A DNA stretch of 52,128 nt from a virus (IMGVR_UViG_3300005828_000112:1-52128); one strand, 5' to 3'; numbered from the stretch's first letter, positions 1-8,933 are shown. The notes: a model not told the origin generated them from the letters alone. Numbers and translations are program-made.

Positions 1-654
1 ATGACCGTCGCGCGCCAGCCGATGCCGCTACGCCTCGAGGCCGATCTTGACTGGTATTTCGGCGCTGGGCAGACGCTGAACGAACGATCGCCCTTTGGCG
101 CCATCCTGGACCGCCAGGCCCTGTATCACGTGCCCAGGCACATCGACCCCGAGCTGTTCCGCGCGCAGCTGGACCGCAAGCCCCACGAACCGCCCCCAGG
201 GGCGCTGACCGCCCGCCCGCGCGGCGGGTCGGAGCCCGCCAGCGGGAACAGTCCCGAAGAGGGGCTGATCCGCCGCTACGCGCACATTTCCCGGCTGCTG
301 AAGCGGCTGGGCCAGCAAGACGCCGATGCGGTGCTCATCCTGGCGGCGTACTACGGCGACCAGGGGGCCCGCTGGGGCCGCACGCCGCATGGGCGGCTGT
401 TCGCCTTGCTGCCGCTGACGCCCGCCGGGATGCAGCTGCTACGGCGGTCGCGCAAGCGTGCCAGGGCTGTGGATCTGGGCTTGAGCTCGGCCGAACAGCT
501 GGGCGTGGAGGTCGAAGTGCAAGCCGTGCAGCCGCACGCCTGGCGCACCTTGCTGATCGAGCAAGCAAAGCGGCAAGCGTGGACCGCCTACGCGGGCGCC
601 TGTAGGCTATTCGCGGAGGTCGCGCATGGGGGGACGGATCTTGACGACCGCTGA
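1..654 (+). CDS. Hypothetical protein (possible transcription regulator by position)
   Basis: 217-aa ORF with genome-typical codon use, overlapping the next gene; no recognised motif. Confidence 0.7.
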   Translation: MTVARQPMPLRLEADLDWYFGAGQTLNERSPFGAILDRQALYHVPRHIDPELFRAQLDRKPHEPPPGALTARPRGGSEPASGNSPEEGLIRRYAHISRLLKRLGQQDADAVLILAAYYGDQGARWGRTPHGRLFALLPLTPAGMQLLRRSRKRARAVDLGLSSAEQLGVEVEVQAVQPHAWRTLLIEQAKRQAWTAYAGACRLFAEVAHGGTDLDDR

Positions 655-829
655 GATCGCCACGGTCCTTCAATGGGACACGCAGAAGACCCGCCGCTGG
701 CTGCAGCGTGCAGGCGCGACGACGAAGGTGGGCTCGCGCTACGTCACGACACCGCGCCAGCTGGCCGCGAACTGGCCCGATCTGTGGGCCGAGATCATGT
801 GCGACGTCGGCGACGAGCGGCCGCTGTGA
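626..829 (+). CDS. Small excisionase/MerR-like HTH DNA-binding protein
   Basis: ILTTAEIATVLQWDTQKTRRWL helix-turn-helix followed by a KVGSRYV wing. Confidence 0.65.
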   Translation: MGGRILTTAEIATVLQWDTQKTRRWLQRAGATTKVGSRYVTTPRQLAANWPDLWAEIMCDVGDERPL

Positions 830-1122
830 CCTATCAGCTGTTCGTGTCGGGGCCGTCCGCAAGCGTGGACACGCTGCTGCAGCTGCTGGGCACTGATGAT
901 GGGGCTTGCGACTTCAAAGCCCTGGATCCATCTGCGGACGATCCGCTTGATCTGCAGTGCCTAGACCTGCATCAGAGCTCGGAAACGATCTCGGGCTTTC
1001 TGCTGTCCTTCACGATGTCCGCCGCGCCGATGGGCGTTTGCGACGCGATCGTCGCCAGGTTCGACGACCTGCAGGCCTGGGTCGGGCCGGAAGATCCTTG
1101 CAACGAAGGCCCGACACCGTGA
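826..1122 (+). CDS. Hypothetical protein, shortened paralog of the DUF1281/YubB-like gene at 1196-1720
   Basis: GTG start overlaps the upstream TGA (GTGA); LFVSG..V..L..L.G.D.G..DF.A pattern is shared with 1196-1720. Confidence 0.7.
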   Translation: MTYQLFVSGPSASVDTLLQLLGTDDGACDFKALDPSADDPLDLQCLDLHQSSETISGFLLSFTMSAAPMGVCDAIVARFDDLQAWVGPEDPCNEGPTP

Positions 1123-1158
1123 TAGCGTCGGGCCTTCGTTGCGCCGTGCTAGGGCCAT

Positions 1159-1197
1159 GGGCGGGCGGCTTTCTTCCGAGGCCGCCCGCCCGCTTTT
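1159..1197. terminator. Intrinsic terminator between convergent operons
   Basis: Perfect 11-bp stem GGGCGGGCGGC (1159-1169) / GCCGCCCGCCC (1181-1191) followed by GCTTTT. Confidence 0.75.
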
Positions 1198-1720
1198 ATC
1201 CGCCGCGCGTCCCGCAGTAGCCAGTCATCTGCCACTGGATGACTGGCTCTCCAGGCTCGAACGTCACGCCACCGGCGATCTGGTAGCCACGTTCGAAGTA
1301 TTCATGGCTGATCAGCAGGTCGGGGAACGCGATCGCCAGTGCTGCCGTGACCGGCAGCGATGGGCCCCACGCCGTCTGAAACGTCACGCAGAGCCCGCCG
1401 TAGTCGCGCCGCAGGACTTCATAGGCGCCCCATTTCGTGCCCCAGTGCTGGGTGCGCCATTCGAAGCCGCCGCTGTTGAAGCCGTTCTTGTCGTCGCCCC
1501 ATTTCGCGATGAAGGCCTGCTGGGCTGCGTCGTCCTTCAGCTGGTAGTCACGACCGAAGGCCCGAATGTGCTCGGCGTCGCGCACCTGGTAGATCGCGGG
1601 CTCGGGGATCACCGCATGGAAGTCGAAGACGCCGCGATCGATCCCGACGAGATCGATCAGCTGCTGCACGCGGTCTGCCGCGCCGCTGACGTACAGGTCA
1701 TTGTGGCAATGGTTCGGCAT
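1196..1720 (-). CDS. DUF1281/YubB-like ferredoxin-fold protein
   Basis: MPNHCHNDL N-terminus, FDF..IP.P, W...HWGTKW, FQTAWGP, FPDL...EYFE motifs. Confidence 0.8.
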   Translation of the reverse strand: MPNHCHNDLYVSGAADRVQQLIDLVGIDRGVFDFHAVIPEPAIYQVRDAEHIRAFGRDYQLKDDAAQQAFIAKWGDDKNGFNSGGFEWRTQHWGTKWGAYEVLRRDYGGLCVTFQTAWGPSLPVTAALAIAFPDLLISHEYFERGYQIAGGVTFEPGEPVIQWQMTGYCGTRGG

Positions 1721-1721
1721 G

Positions 1722-2072
1722 TCATCGCAGCTCCGGCAGAAGGGTCAGCAGCGCTTCGAGCATTTCGGCGGCGCGCGTCGTCGCGCCGTCCAGCGGCTGA
1801 TCGATGATCAGCATCGCGGTTCCGACCGCCATGCCGACGATCCGGTCATCCGCCCAGGCTTCGACGCCCGCCGCCTTGCTGCGCAGCCCCGATTCATCCG
1901 CCTTCCAATCGAAGCGATGCGCGTGCACCCTCACGATGATCGGCGAATCGTTCTGCAAGCGCGTTTGAAGCTTCTGCAGCTCCTTGATCGCGCGGCCCAG
2001 GATGATCCCGCGCCTGGCTTCTTCGGATAGCTCTTCGTGTTCCATGTTCTCGCCTTCTTCCTTGGTCATCAC
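1722..2072 (-). CDS. Hypothetical protein
   Basis: Coupled ORF in the leftward operon; start may be 2069 or 2045. Confidence 0.65.
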   Translation of the reverse strand: MMTKEEGENMEHEELSEEARRGIILGRAIKELQKLQTRLQNDSPIIVRVHAHRFDWKADESGLRSKAAGVEAWADDRIVGMAVGTAMLIIDQPLDGATTRAAEMLEALLTLLPELR

Positions 2073-2488
2073 AGCAGTGCGGTTTGACGCATGCCGACAA
2101 TCAGCCTGCGTTGTGCGGTTCGTAGCTCGCCTTCGGGCCCGCGCGCGAAATGGTACAGGGCGCCCCCAGGCTCGATGACGTGCAGCGGTGCCCGAAGACG
2201 CCGCCAGTCTTCCATGCGCGCCCAGACCATCGTCGGGGTGACGTCGGTCACGGTCGCGCCGTAGCGGTCAGGCCCCACGACGATCGTGGCAGCCATGCCC
2301 GCTTGTGGCTGTAGCTGGGCCATCGCCATCCCGACGGCCCAGCCATGGCTCGCGATTTCGTACAGGGGGATGTCGCGGTCGCGAAGGGCCGCTTCGGCGA
2401 TCCGTGCACACAGATTGATCCTGGCCTGCAGGGTCGACGCCATCGGCGCGCGCCAGCGCGGCCGCGCTTTGGGTGCGACGCTATTCAT
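2069..2488 (-). CDS. Hypothetical protein with SH3/KOW-like C-terminal part
   Basis: ATG at 2488 overlaps the upstream stop; GMAATIVVGPDRYGATVTDV beta-barrel-like segment. Confidence 0.65.
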   Translation of the reverse strand: MNSVAPKARPRWRAPMASTLQARINLCARIAEAALRDRDIPLYEIASHGWAVGMAMAQLQPQAGMAATIVVGPDRYGATVTDVTPTMVWARMEDWRRLRAPLHVIEPGGALYHFARGPEGELRTAQRRLIVGMRQTALL

Positions 2489-2783
2489 CGACCGACCCCG
2501 GGTAAGCGGGGGCATCGTCAGGCGTCAGATCGACGATCACGACGACATCGCCGAAGAGCTGCTGATGGGCCATGCGCGACGCAACGAAGTTGTAGGGCAG
2601 CCGCCGCGCGCGCCCGTCTTCGTTCGCGAACATCGTGAGATCGCCGGTCGCTGGGATCTGTTCGATCCAGCCGCCGACGGCATTCTGCAGGGTGGTCAGG
2701 TACTGGTCGGGCAGCGCTTCGCACGCACCCGTCAGGGCCCGGATGACGTACTGGGGCGCGATGTGATCGGCCTGCGCGGTCAT
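2481..2783 (-). CDS. DUF3846-like phage protein
   Basis: LTTLQNAVGGWIE, MFANEDG...LPYN..AS, LFGDVVVI motifs. Confidence 0.75.
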   Translation of the reverse strand: MTAQADHIAPQYVIRALTGACEALPDQYLTTLQNAVGGWIEQIPATGDLTMFANEDGRARRLPYNFVASRMAHQQLFGDVVVIVDLTPDDAPAYPGSVDE

Positions 2784-3079
2784 GGGTCACCCCGTTTGCT
2801 AGCGCGCGCGTTCTGGGCAAGCGCACCGCACAACGCAGCACCGAAGCCGTTCTGGCTTCGGCGGTCATCGACGCTAGCCGACCTGACGAACGTCAGCGCC
2901 GACAGTTCGCGCCACCCCTGGACCACTGACCAGGTGAAGCGCCCCGTGCGTTCGTATTCCACCAGCGCGCGCGTTCCCTTCAGATCGATGATCTGCCCAT
3001 CGCGCCGCGCGCCGTAGGCGATCAACGAAACGTGGTCGCCGATCTTCGGCATGGCCTTACGCCCGGTCTTAGTCGCCAT
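2780..3079 (-). CDS. Hypothetical KOW/SH3-like protein
   Basis: ATG 3079 with G-rich RBS; KIGDHVSL..YGA...GQIIDL. Confidence 0.65.
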   Translation of the reverse strand: MATKTGRKAMPKIGDHVSLIAYGARRDGQIIDLKGTRALVEYERTGRFTWSVVQGWRELSALTFVRSASVDDRRSQNGFGAALCGALAQNARASKRGDP

Positions 3080-3377
3080 CGCTGCCCCCCTGGTCGACGC
3101 CCAGCCCAGGCAGCTCACCCACGTCGGTCGCAGGCGCGTCGACGGGCAGCGTACCGATCCAGATCGACAGACGCGTCCCCGCTTCGAACCCTTCCGCGTA
3201 GGCGCTTGCCAGCGCGTCATCTGTGGGGCTGCCCGTGATCACCCGAAGGTGACCCTTCGCCCGCATCCAGTCCGGGCGTCCGCCCGCGATCGCGGTCGCC
3301 TTGCCCAGCGCGTAGGCCCCTGGGGCCAGCCTGACCGCCTGCGCGATCGCCTTCGAGCTCTTCGATGTCCTAGCCAT
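3069..3377 (-). CDS. Hypothetical protein
   Basis: Overlaps its neighbours at both ends in the leftward operon. Confidence 0.65.
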   Translation of the reverse strand: MARTSKSSKAIAQAVRLAPGAYALGKATAIAGGRPDWMRAKGHLRVITGSPTDDALASAYAEGFEAGTRLSIWIGTLPVDAPATDVGELPGLGVDQGGSDGD

Positions 3378-3564
3378 GTTCTTGCCTTCTTTCGGTTTCG
3401 ATGATCGCAGCGCGGATCGCCTGCGACCTGGTCAGCTTGTGCAGCGCCATCAGGCGCTCGAGTGCTGCCCGCACATCCGGGGTCAGCTTGACGGTGACGG
3501 TCTGCGATCGTTCTTCGGCGCCCAAGCGCGGGCGCCCAGCCTTCTTCCGCTTGCGCGTGATCAT
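3370..3564 (-). CDS. Ribbon-helix-helix (CopG/Arc-like) regulator
   Basis: Basic GRPR N-terminus, TVTVKL strand, then DVRAALERL and TRSQAIRAAI helices. Confidence 0.8.
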   Translation of the reverse strand: MITRKRKKAGRPRLGAEERSQTVTVKLTPDVRAALERLMALHKLTRSQAIRAAIIETERRQEHG

Positions 3565-3767
3565 GGCGCCGCCTTGCGCAGCGGCTGGGCCGTGATGCCG
3601 TTGTCGTCGCCCGCCAGGGTCAGCCCGCGGGACACCAGGACCTGCTGCAGCACCGCCAGCTCGTGGTCCGTGTAGCCGAAATTGAAGTCATCGCCGTGCA
3701 GCTGCAGGGCATCGCCCGCCTTCGCCGCACGCGCCCATTCGATCGCCTGCTTCAGCTTCGCCTTCAC
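3561..3767 (-). CDS. Hypothetical protein
   Basis: GTG 3767 overlaps the upstream TGA; AAGGAAGGGGG RBS. Confidence 0.6.
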   Translation of the reverse strand: MKAKLKQAIEWARAAKAGDALQLHGDDFNFGYTDHELAVLQQVLVSRGLTLAGDDNGITAQPLRKAAP

Positions 3768-4435
3768 GTGCTGCCCCCTTCCTTGACGATCGCGGTCATG
3801 CGATCGAACGCGCTGTTCGGCCTGATGTCGTCGTGCTGCCAGTCCTGGTGCGCCTTGAGCCATTCGGCAGCCGTCCGCACCAGGTAGGCGCGCACGTCAG
3901 CGGGATCCAGGATCGCGAAGTCGTTTTCGCGCGCGACTTCGAGCTCGGCGGCGACGATCTCGTCCAGCGACGCGCCCGGGGGCGCGGCCAGGTCGACATC
4001 GATCCGCCAGTGCCGAAACCAGACCGCTGCAGCGGGCCGGTACCGCACGCGATCCAGCGCTTCGGTGACGCGCTGCAGGGCCCCGTCTTGCTGCTCCGGG
4101 GCTGGGTGTCCCGTGTCGGTCGCCCAGCGCCCGATGTGCCGCTGACCGTCCCATTCGGCGCCCAGATAGCCGTCCAGCGCATCGGCGATCAGGTCTGCGT
4201 TTGCCTCGAGGGCCGTCTGCACATCGGCGCCGATGGCGCTGAGCGGGACGTGCCCCAGCAGCAGCCAGCGCCGATTGGCTGCCATTTCGGGGGCGGACAT
4301 GCGCAGGCACACCTGGTGCGATCCGTCGGTCGATTCCTGCGCCGGGATGCCGTACACGGCCACGCGGGTCGTGGGCAGCGGTCGCGGTAGCTTCATGTCG
4401 ATCGTCAGTCGTCGCATTGTCCATCGTCCTTCCAT
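3764..4435 (-). CDS. Hypothetical protein
   Basis: 223-aa ORF in operon, typical codon use; start may be 4417. Confidence 0.7.
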   Translation of the reverse strand: MEGRWTMRRLTIDMKLPRPLPTTRVAVYGIPAQESTDGSHQVCLRMSAPEMAANRRWLLLGHVPLSAIGADVQTALEANADLIADALDGYLGAEWDGQRHIGRWATDTGHPAPEQQDGALQRVTEALDRVRYRPAAAVWFRHWRIDVDLAAPPGASLDEIVAAELEVARENDFAILDPADVRAYLVRTAAEWLKAHQDWQHDDIRPNSAFDRMTAIVKEGGST

Positions 4436-4995
4436 GCCGCGCGCCGCTGTGCGGCCTGGCGTTCAGCCAATCGATTCGCCCGGGTGCGCAGCACGTCTTC
4501 GAGCTCGGCCATCGCATCGCCCAGCCTTCGCAGTCGCGCCAGGCGCCCATCATCGGGGGACACCTTGCGGATGCTGGCGCGGTCCATGATCGTCGCGAAC
4601 TGCCCCAGGTGCGGATGACACACGGTGCAGCTCCATCCGGTGACCGCGACGACGACGCCAGGGATGCCAGCGGCGCCATAGGCGTGCGTGCGGATGCAGT
4701 CGCCCGGGAGCAGGTCGGCAAAGCCCGCCTGCGTCGGGGGCATCGCGATCGGATCGCCGTGCACGGTCGCGCGCCCCAACGGGAACAGGTCGCGCAGCCT
4801 GGCCGGCGGACAATGCTTCACGTACCGCCAGAAGCGTTCGACGCGCCCAAGCCCCGGTTCGTTCCCAGGACATTCGGGGCGCGTGCAGCAGTAGAAGCCA
4901 GGGCCGTCGGTCAGGCCGCACAGCTCGGTGCGCGTGACGTGGTCGCCATCCAGCGGCAGCCCGCAGGCGTCGCACAGCGGTTCGAAGCCGGTCAT
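4405..4995 (-). CDS. Hypothetical protein with N-terminal Cys-rich Zn-finger-like region and KOW-like domain
   Basis: CDAC...CCTRPEC; PGDCIRTHAYGA...GVVVAV; C-terminal coiled coil. Confidence 0.7.
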   Translation of the reverse strand: MTGFEPLCDACGLPLDGDHVTRTELCGLTDGPGFYCCTRPECPGNEPGLGRVERFWRYVKHCPPARLRDLFPLGRATVHGDPIAMPPTQAGFADLLPGDCIRTHAYGAAGIPGVVVAVTGWSCTVCHPHLGQFATIMDRASIRKVSPDDGRLARLRRLGDAMAELEDVLRTRANRLAERQAAQRRAAWKDDGQCDD

Positions 4996-5264
4996 GGGGC
5001 CTCCACGGGGCGCCCGTCGGCGTCGATGTTGACGGGGCCGCAGAGGGCGCGCGCGACCGCATGGGCGTGCGCATTCGCAGCGCCCATCGCATCCGCGGCG
5101 CTGCTGAAGCCTCCATGGTGCACGAGCGTGTTTTTGAAGCAGCCGCTACCGTAGTTCGGGAAGACCGTGACAAACCACGTGCCGGTGCCGAAGTCTTCGA
5201 CGTGATAGAGCGCCTCGCCGACGCGCATCTGGTATCGCGATACCTTCCAGCCTTCGGGGATCAT
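4992..5264 (-). CDS. Hypothetical protein
   Basis: ATG 5264 overlaps the upstream TGA (ATGA). Confidence 0.65.
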   Translation of the reverse strand: MIPEGWKVSRYQMRVGEALYHVEDFGTGTWFVTVFPNYGSGCFKNTLVHHGGFSSAADAMGAANAHAHAVARALCGPVNIDADGRPVEAP

Positions 5265-5458
5265 GATGCCACCCGCCGAAGCGCCGACGTCAGTCCCCAC
5301 GCTGCCGCGTCTACCAGGACCTGCATCGCCTGGAAGTACGAAACGCGGCGCGTCTTGCTGATCCCGTTCGCCCGATGCACCCGGTAGAAGACCGTCGACG
5401 CCAGCGCGCACAAGTCGCGGATCCTCGGTGACCTGCTGCGGTTCTGCTTTCGTTCCAT
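5261..5458 (-). CDS. Small basic hypothetical protein, first gene of the leftward operon
   Basis: AAGGAG RBS upstream of ATG 5458, downstream of the promoter. Confidence 0.65.
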   Translation of the reverse strand: MERKQNRSRSPRIRDLCALASTVFYRVHRANGISKTRRVSYFQAMQVLVDAAAWGLTSALRRVAS

Positions 5459-5509
5459 GGTGACAACACTCCTTGCATCCCCCCGGGCGCCTTCCCGGTC
5501 GGGATCCCC

Positions 5510-5538
5510 ATTGTAATAAACGTAATACCGAAATACAA
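5510..5538 (-). promoter_or_regulatory. sigma70-type leftward promoter
   Basis: Minus strand TTGTAT-N17-TACAAT in an AT-rich patch of a GC-rich genome. Confidence 0.8.
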
Positions 5539-5794
5539 GGCGATACCATGTGGGCGGGCACCCGCCGAGGGGCCCCGCGCGACGTGCCCGCCCGACGATG
5601 CTGGGCTGCCCATTTTTGGGGCGCATCCGGGGGGATTTCGTGGACGCCCGGCCTATAAACGCCCGCGGCGGAACGTCAGGGGGCCTCAGGGGCGGCCGCG
5701 CATGCCTGATCCCCTATAAGGGGGCACGCGATGCAGCGCGGACCGGCTAGGCCCCCCTGTTATCCTGGCGGATGACCCGGGCGAAGGGGGCTCG

Positions 5795-7093
5795 ATGGCT
5801 AGGGCGGCAACGAAAAACAGTAGCAACGCGCGCGTCAGTAAGGCGGGCAAGGGGCCCGCAGCTACCGAAAAGCCGAAGGCCGAAGCGGCGGCAGAATGGG
5901 CAGCGCCAGCGAGCCTGATCCCCTGGCCGAAGAACCCGCGCAAGAACGATGACAACGTCGAGCGCGTGGCTGCGTCGATCAAGGCGTGGGGCTTCGGTTC
6001 GGCGCTGCTGGCGCGTCGACGCGACCGCATGATCATCGCGGGTCACACGCGATGGAAAGCAGCGACCGCACTGGGGCTCGAGCGCATCCCGGTGCGCTTC
6101 ATCGATTGCACCGATGCCGAGCTGCGCATGCTGGCGCTGGCCGACAACAAGCTGACCGAGCGGTCCGGCTGGGATGACGACCTGCTGACCCAGCTGCTGC
6201 GCGATGCCGATCCAGGGGACGCGCTGATCGCTGGATGGACGAACGACGAGCTCGACAAGCTGCTGACCGAATCCGACCGCACGACGCCCCTGGACGACGA
6301 CGACGTTCCCGACGTGCCAGCCGACCCGGTGACGAAGCTGGGCGACCGCTGGCGGCTGGGCGATCACCATCTGGTGTGCGGCGACTGCGAAGACGCACCG
6401 AGCCTGCTGGATGTCAGCGGCGCGGCGCTGATGGTGACCGATCCACCCTACGGCGTGAGCTACGGGTCGAAGAACGCCTACCTAAACGCGATGGATGGAG
6501 GCGACCGGATCGAAACGGAGATCGACAGCGACGACCTGACGCCGCAGGAAATGGTCGGCTTCTGGTTTCAGCGATTCAAGGCTGCCCGAAGCTTGCTTCG
6601 CCCAGGTGCAGCCTACTATTGCACCGGACCGCAAGGGCCCGAGCTGCGATCGCTGATGACCGCCCTGGACGATGCGGGTTTCCCGCTTCGCCACATGCTG
6701 ATCTGGGCGAAGCAGCAGTTCGTCTTAGGCCGATCGGACTACCACTATCAGCACGAGCCGATCCTGTACGGATGGCTTGATGGCGCTGCGCATCACGCGG
6801 TCAAGGATCGCGGTGAATCATCGCTATGGGAGATCGACAAGCCCCGATCCAGCGATGCACACCCAACGATGAAGCCCGTCGAGCTCTATGCGCGCGCCAT
6901 TCGAAACAGTTCGTCACGCGGCGAAGACGTGATCGACCCCTTCGCGGGGTCTGGAACGCTGGTGGCAGCGTGCGAACAAGTCGAACGCGTCGCGCACTGC
7001 ATCGAGCTCTCGCCCGCCTATTGCGACGTCATCATCCAGCGCTGGGAAGCGCTGTCTGGCGGCAAGGCGCAGCGGATCCGCCATGGCGGCTAA
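5795..7093 (+). CDS. ParB-like N-terminal domain fused to an N4C/N6A DNA methyltransferase
   Basis: NPRKN...IIAGHTR...LADNK ParB motifs; TDPPY catalytic motif; HPTMKPV; DPFAGSGT SAM-binding motif. Confidence 0.92.
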   Translation: MARAATKNSSNARVSKAGKGPAATEKPKAEAAAEWAAPASLIPWPKNPRKNDDNVERVAASIKAWGFGSALLARRRDRMIIAGHTRWKAATALGLERIPVRFIDCTDAELRMLALADNKLTERSGWDDDLLTQLLRDADPGDALIAGWTNDELDKLLTESDRTTPLDDDDVPDVPADPVTKLGDRWRLGDHHLVCGDCEDAPSLLDVSGAALMVTDPPYGVSYGSKNAYLNAMDGGDRIETEIDSDDLTPQEMVGFWFQRFKAARSLLRPGAAYYCTGPQGPELRSLMTALDDAGFPLRHMLIWAKQQFVLGRSDYHYQHEPILYGWLDGAAHHAVKDRGESSLWEIDKPRSSDAHPTMKPVELYARAIRNSSSRGEDVIDPFAGSGTLVAACEQVERVAHCIELSPAYCDVIIQRWEALSGGKAQRIRHGG

Positions 7094-7514
7094 GCGCGGG
7101 AAGAAGACACGACTGACGCCCGCTGTGCAGGAGGAGCTACGTCAGTTCGTTCTCAGTGGCGCACCGCTGCCGCTGGCTGCGGAAGCCGCAGGGCTGCCCT
7201 GGAAGACGGTTGCATCGTGGATGCACGAAGGGGGCAAGGAGGGCGCTCGCGAACCTTACGCGAGCTTCCGTCTGGAAATGAAACGCGCGAAGGCCCGATG
7301 GGCATCGTCGCAAGTCTTGTTGATCTCGAAGTCGACCCGCAAGGACTGGAAGGCTGGGGCCTACCTGCTCGAGCGGCGGCTGCCCGACATGTTCCGGCTG
7401 CCGAACCGCACCGAGATCAGCGGTCCAGAACAGGGGCCGATCGAAACCAGCAGCAACGTTCGTTACGTCATCCACACGCCGCAGGAAGAAGACGAACGCG
7501 ACGCCGACGGCTGA
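7083..7514 (+). CDS. terS: Terminase small subunit
   Basis: N-terminal HTH, DWKAGAYLLERR and EISGPEQGPI tail; directly upstream of TerL. Confidence 0.8.
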   Translation: MAAKRGKKTRLTPAVQEELRQFVLSGAPLPLAAEAAGLPWKTVASWMHEGGKEGAREPYASFRLEMKRAKARWASSQVLLISKSTRKDWKAGAYLLERRLPDMFRLPNRTEISGPEQGPIETSSNVRYVIHTPQEEDERDADG

Positions 7515-7517
7515 CGC

Positions 7518-8933
7518 ATGGCCGACGATGCAGAGATCCACGTCGGCCCGAATCCAGGCCCCCAGACGCAGGCGGTCGCATCCTGCGCCGACATCACGTT
7601 TTTCGGCGGCCGCGCTGGCCCTGGTAAGAGCTGGTCGACGCTGTTTCGGTTCGGCCTGCACGCGGCGCTTTACCCTGGCTACTTCGGGGTCATCTTTCGC
7701 CGCGAAATGCCCATGGTGACCGTGGGCGGAGGGCTGTGGGAAGAAAGCTTCAAGCTGTATCCGATCTGGGGCGCGCGCCCTAACAGCTCGTCGCATCACT
7801 GGCGCTTCCCAAACGGGTCACTGATCCAGTTCAGGTCGCTGCAGTACGAAAAGGACATGATCAACTACCAGGGGTCGCAGCTGGCTGAATACGCCTTCGA
7901 AGAGCTGACGCATTTCCTGGATTCGCAATGGTGGTACCTGTACTCGCGTTTGCGCACGACCGCGCGTCACTTCCGGACGCACAAGCCGTTCAAGGCGCGC
8001 GCATTCGGCACGATGAACCCCGACCCCGACCACTGGGTGCGCGCATTCATCGACTGGTGGATCGACAAGGAAACCGGGCTCGCGATCCCAGAACGCGCGG
8101 GCAAGCTTCGTTGGTTTCTTCGCGAGCCCAGCGGCGATCAGATCATCTGGGGCGATTCGGCCGAAGAAGTCGCAGAAGCCGCGCCGCACGTCACGGACGA
8201 TCCCTCGTCGGTCCGGTTCATCCCGGCGCTGCTGGCCGACAACCCCAAGGGCGACCCTGACTACCAGCGCAAGCTGATGGCATTGCCCTACGTCGAGCGC
8301 GAACGGCTGCTGGGCGGAAACTGGAACGCGCGCCCGACGACCGGAACCTACTTCAAGCGGCGCACGATCCCGATCGTCGACAAGGTACCCATGATCCTGG
8401 GGCGCATCGCGCGCGGCTGGGACCTTGCGGCGACCGAGCCCACGGTCGATAACCCGAACCCAGACTGGACCGTCGGCGTCAAAGCCGCGTTGCTCGAAGA
8501 CCTGCGGATCCTGATCCTGCACGTCGAAATGGTCCGGCTGGGCCCTGGCGGCGTCGACGAAGTCCTGCGAATCACTGCGGCCCAGGATGGCATCGCGTGC
8601 ACGCAGTGTTTCTGGCAAGACCCTGGCCAGGCGGGCAAGGCGCAGATCAACTACCTGGCGACCGTGCTGCGCAGCTTCCCGATCGCATCCTTGCCCGAAC
8701 GAGAGAACAAGCTTGTTTACGCGGGGCCGCCATCCAGCGCCGCGGAGAACGGTCGCATCCTGCTGCTTCGCGGCGACTGGAATGAACCGTTTCTGAACGC
8801 GCTCGAGGCCTTCCCGAAGGGGAAGAAGGATCATGTGGATGCGCTGTCGCGCGTCTACATGGAGCTCTGTGGATCGATCGGGGACGAAATGGATCAGCGT
8901 TACGATAGCTACCTACCCGGCGTGAGAATGTGA
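7518..8933 (+). CDS. terL: Terminase large subunit
   Basis: Walker A GGRAGPGKS, Walker B-like FEELTHF, TMNP, nuclease GWDLAA...DWT...DHVDALS. Confidence 0.95.
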   Translation: MADDAEIHVGPNPGPQTQAVASCADITFFGGRAGPGKSWSTLFRFGLHAALYPGYFGVIFRREMPMVTVGGGLWEESFKLYPIWGARPNSSSHHWRFPNGSLIQFRSLQYEKDMINYQGSQLAEYAFEELTHFLDSQWWYLYSRLRTTARHFRTHKPFKARAFGTMNPDPDHWVRAFIDWWIDKETGLAIPERAGKLRWFLREPSGDQIIWGDSAEEVAEAAPHVTDDPSSVRFIPALLADNPKGDPDYQRKLMALPYVERERLLGGNWNARPTTGTYFKRRTIPIVDKVPMILGRIARGWDLAATEPTVDNPNPDWTVGVKAALLEDLRILILHVEMVRLGPGGVDEVLRITAAQDGIACTQCFWQDPGQAGKAQINYLATVLRSFPIASLPERENKLVYAGPPSSAAENGRILLLRGDWNEPFLNALEAFPKGKKDHVDALSRVYMELCGSIGDEMDQRYDSYLPGVRM

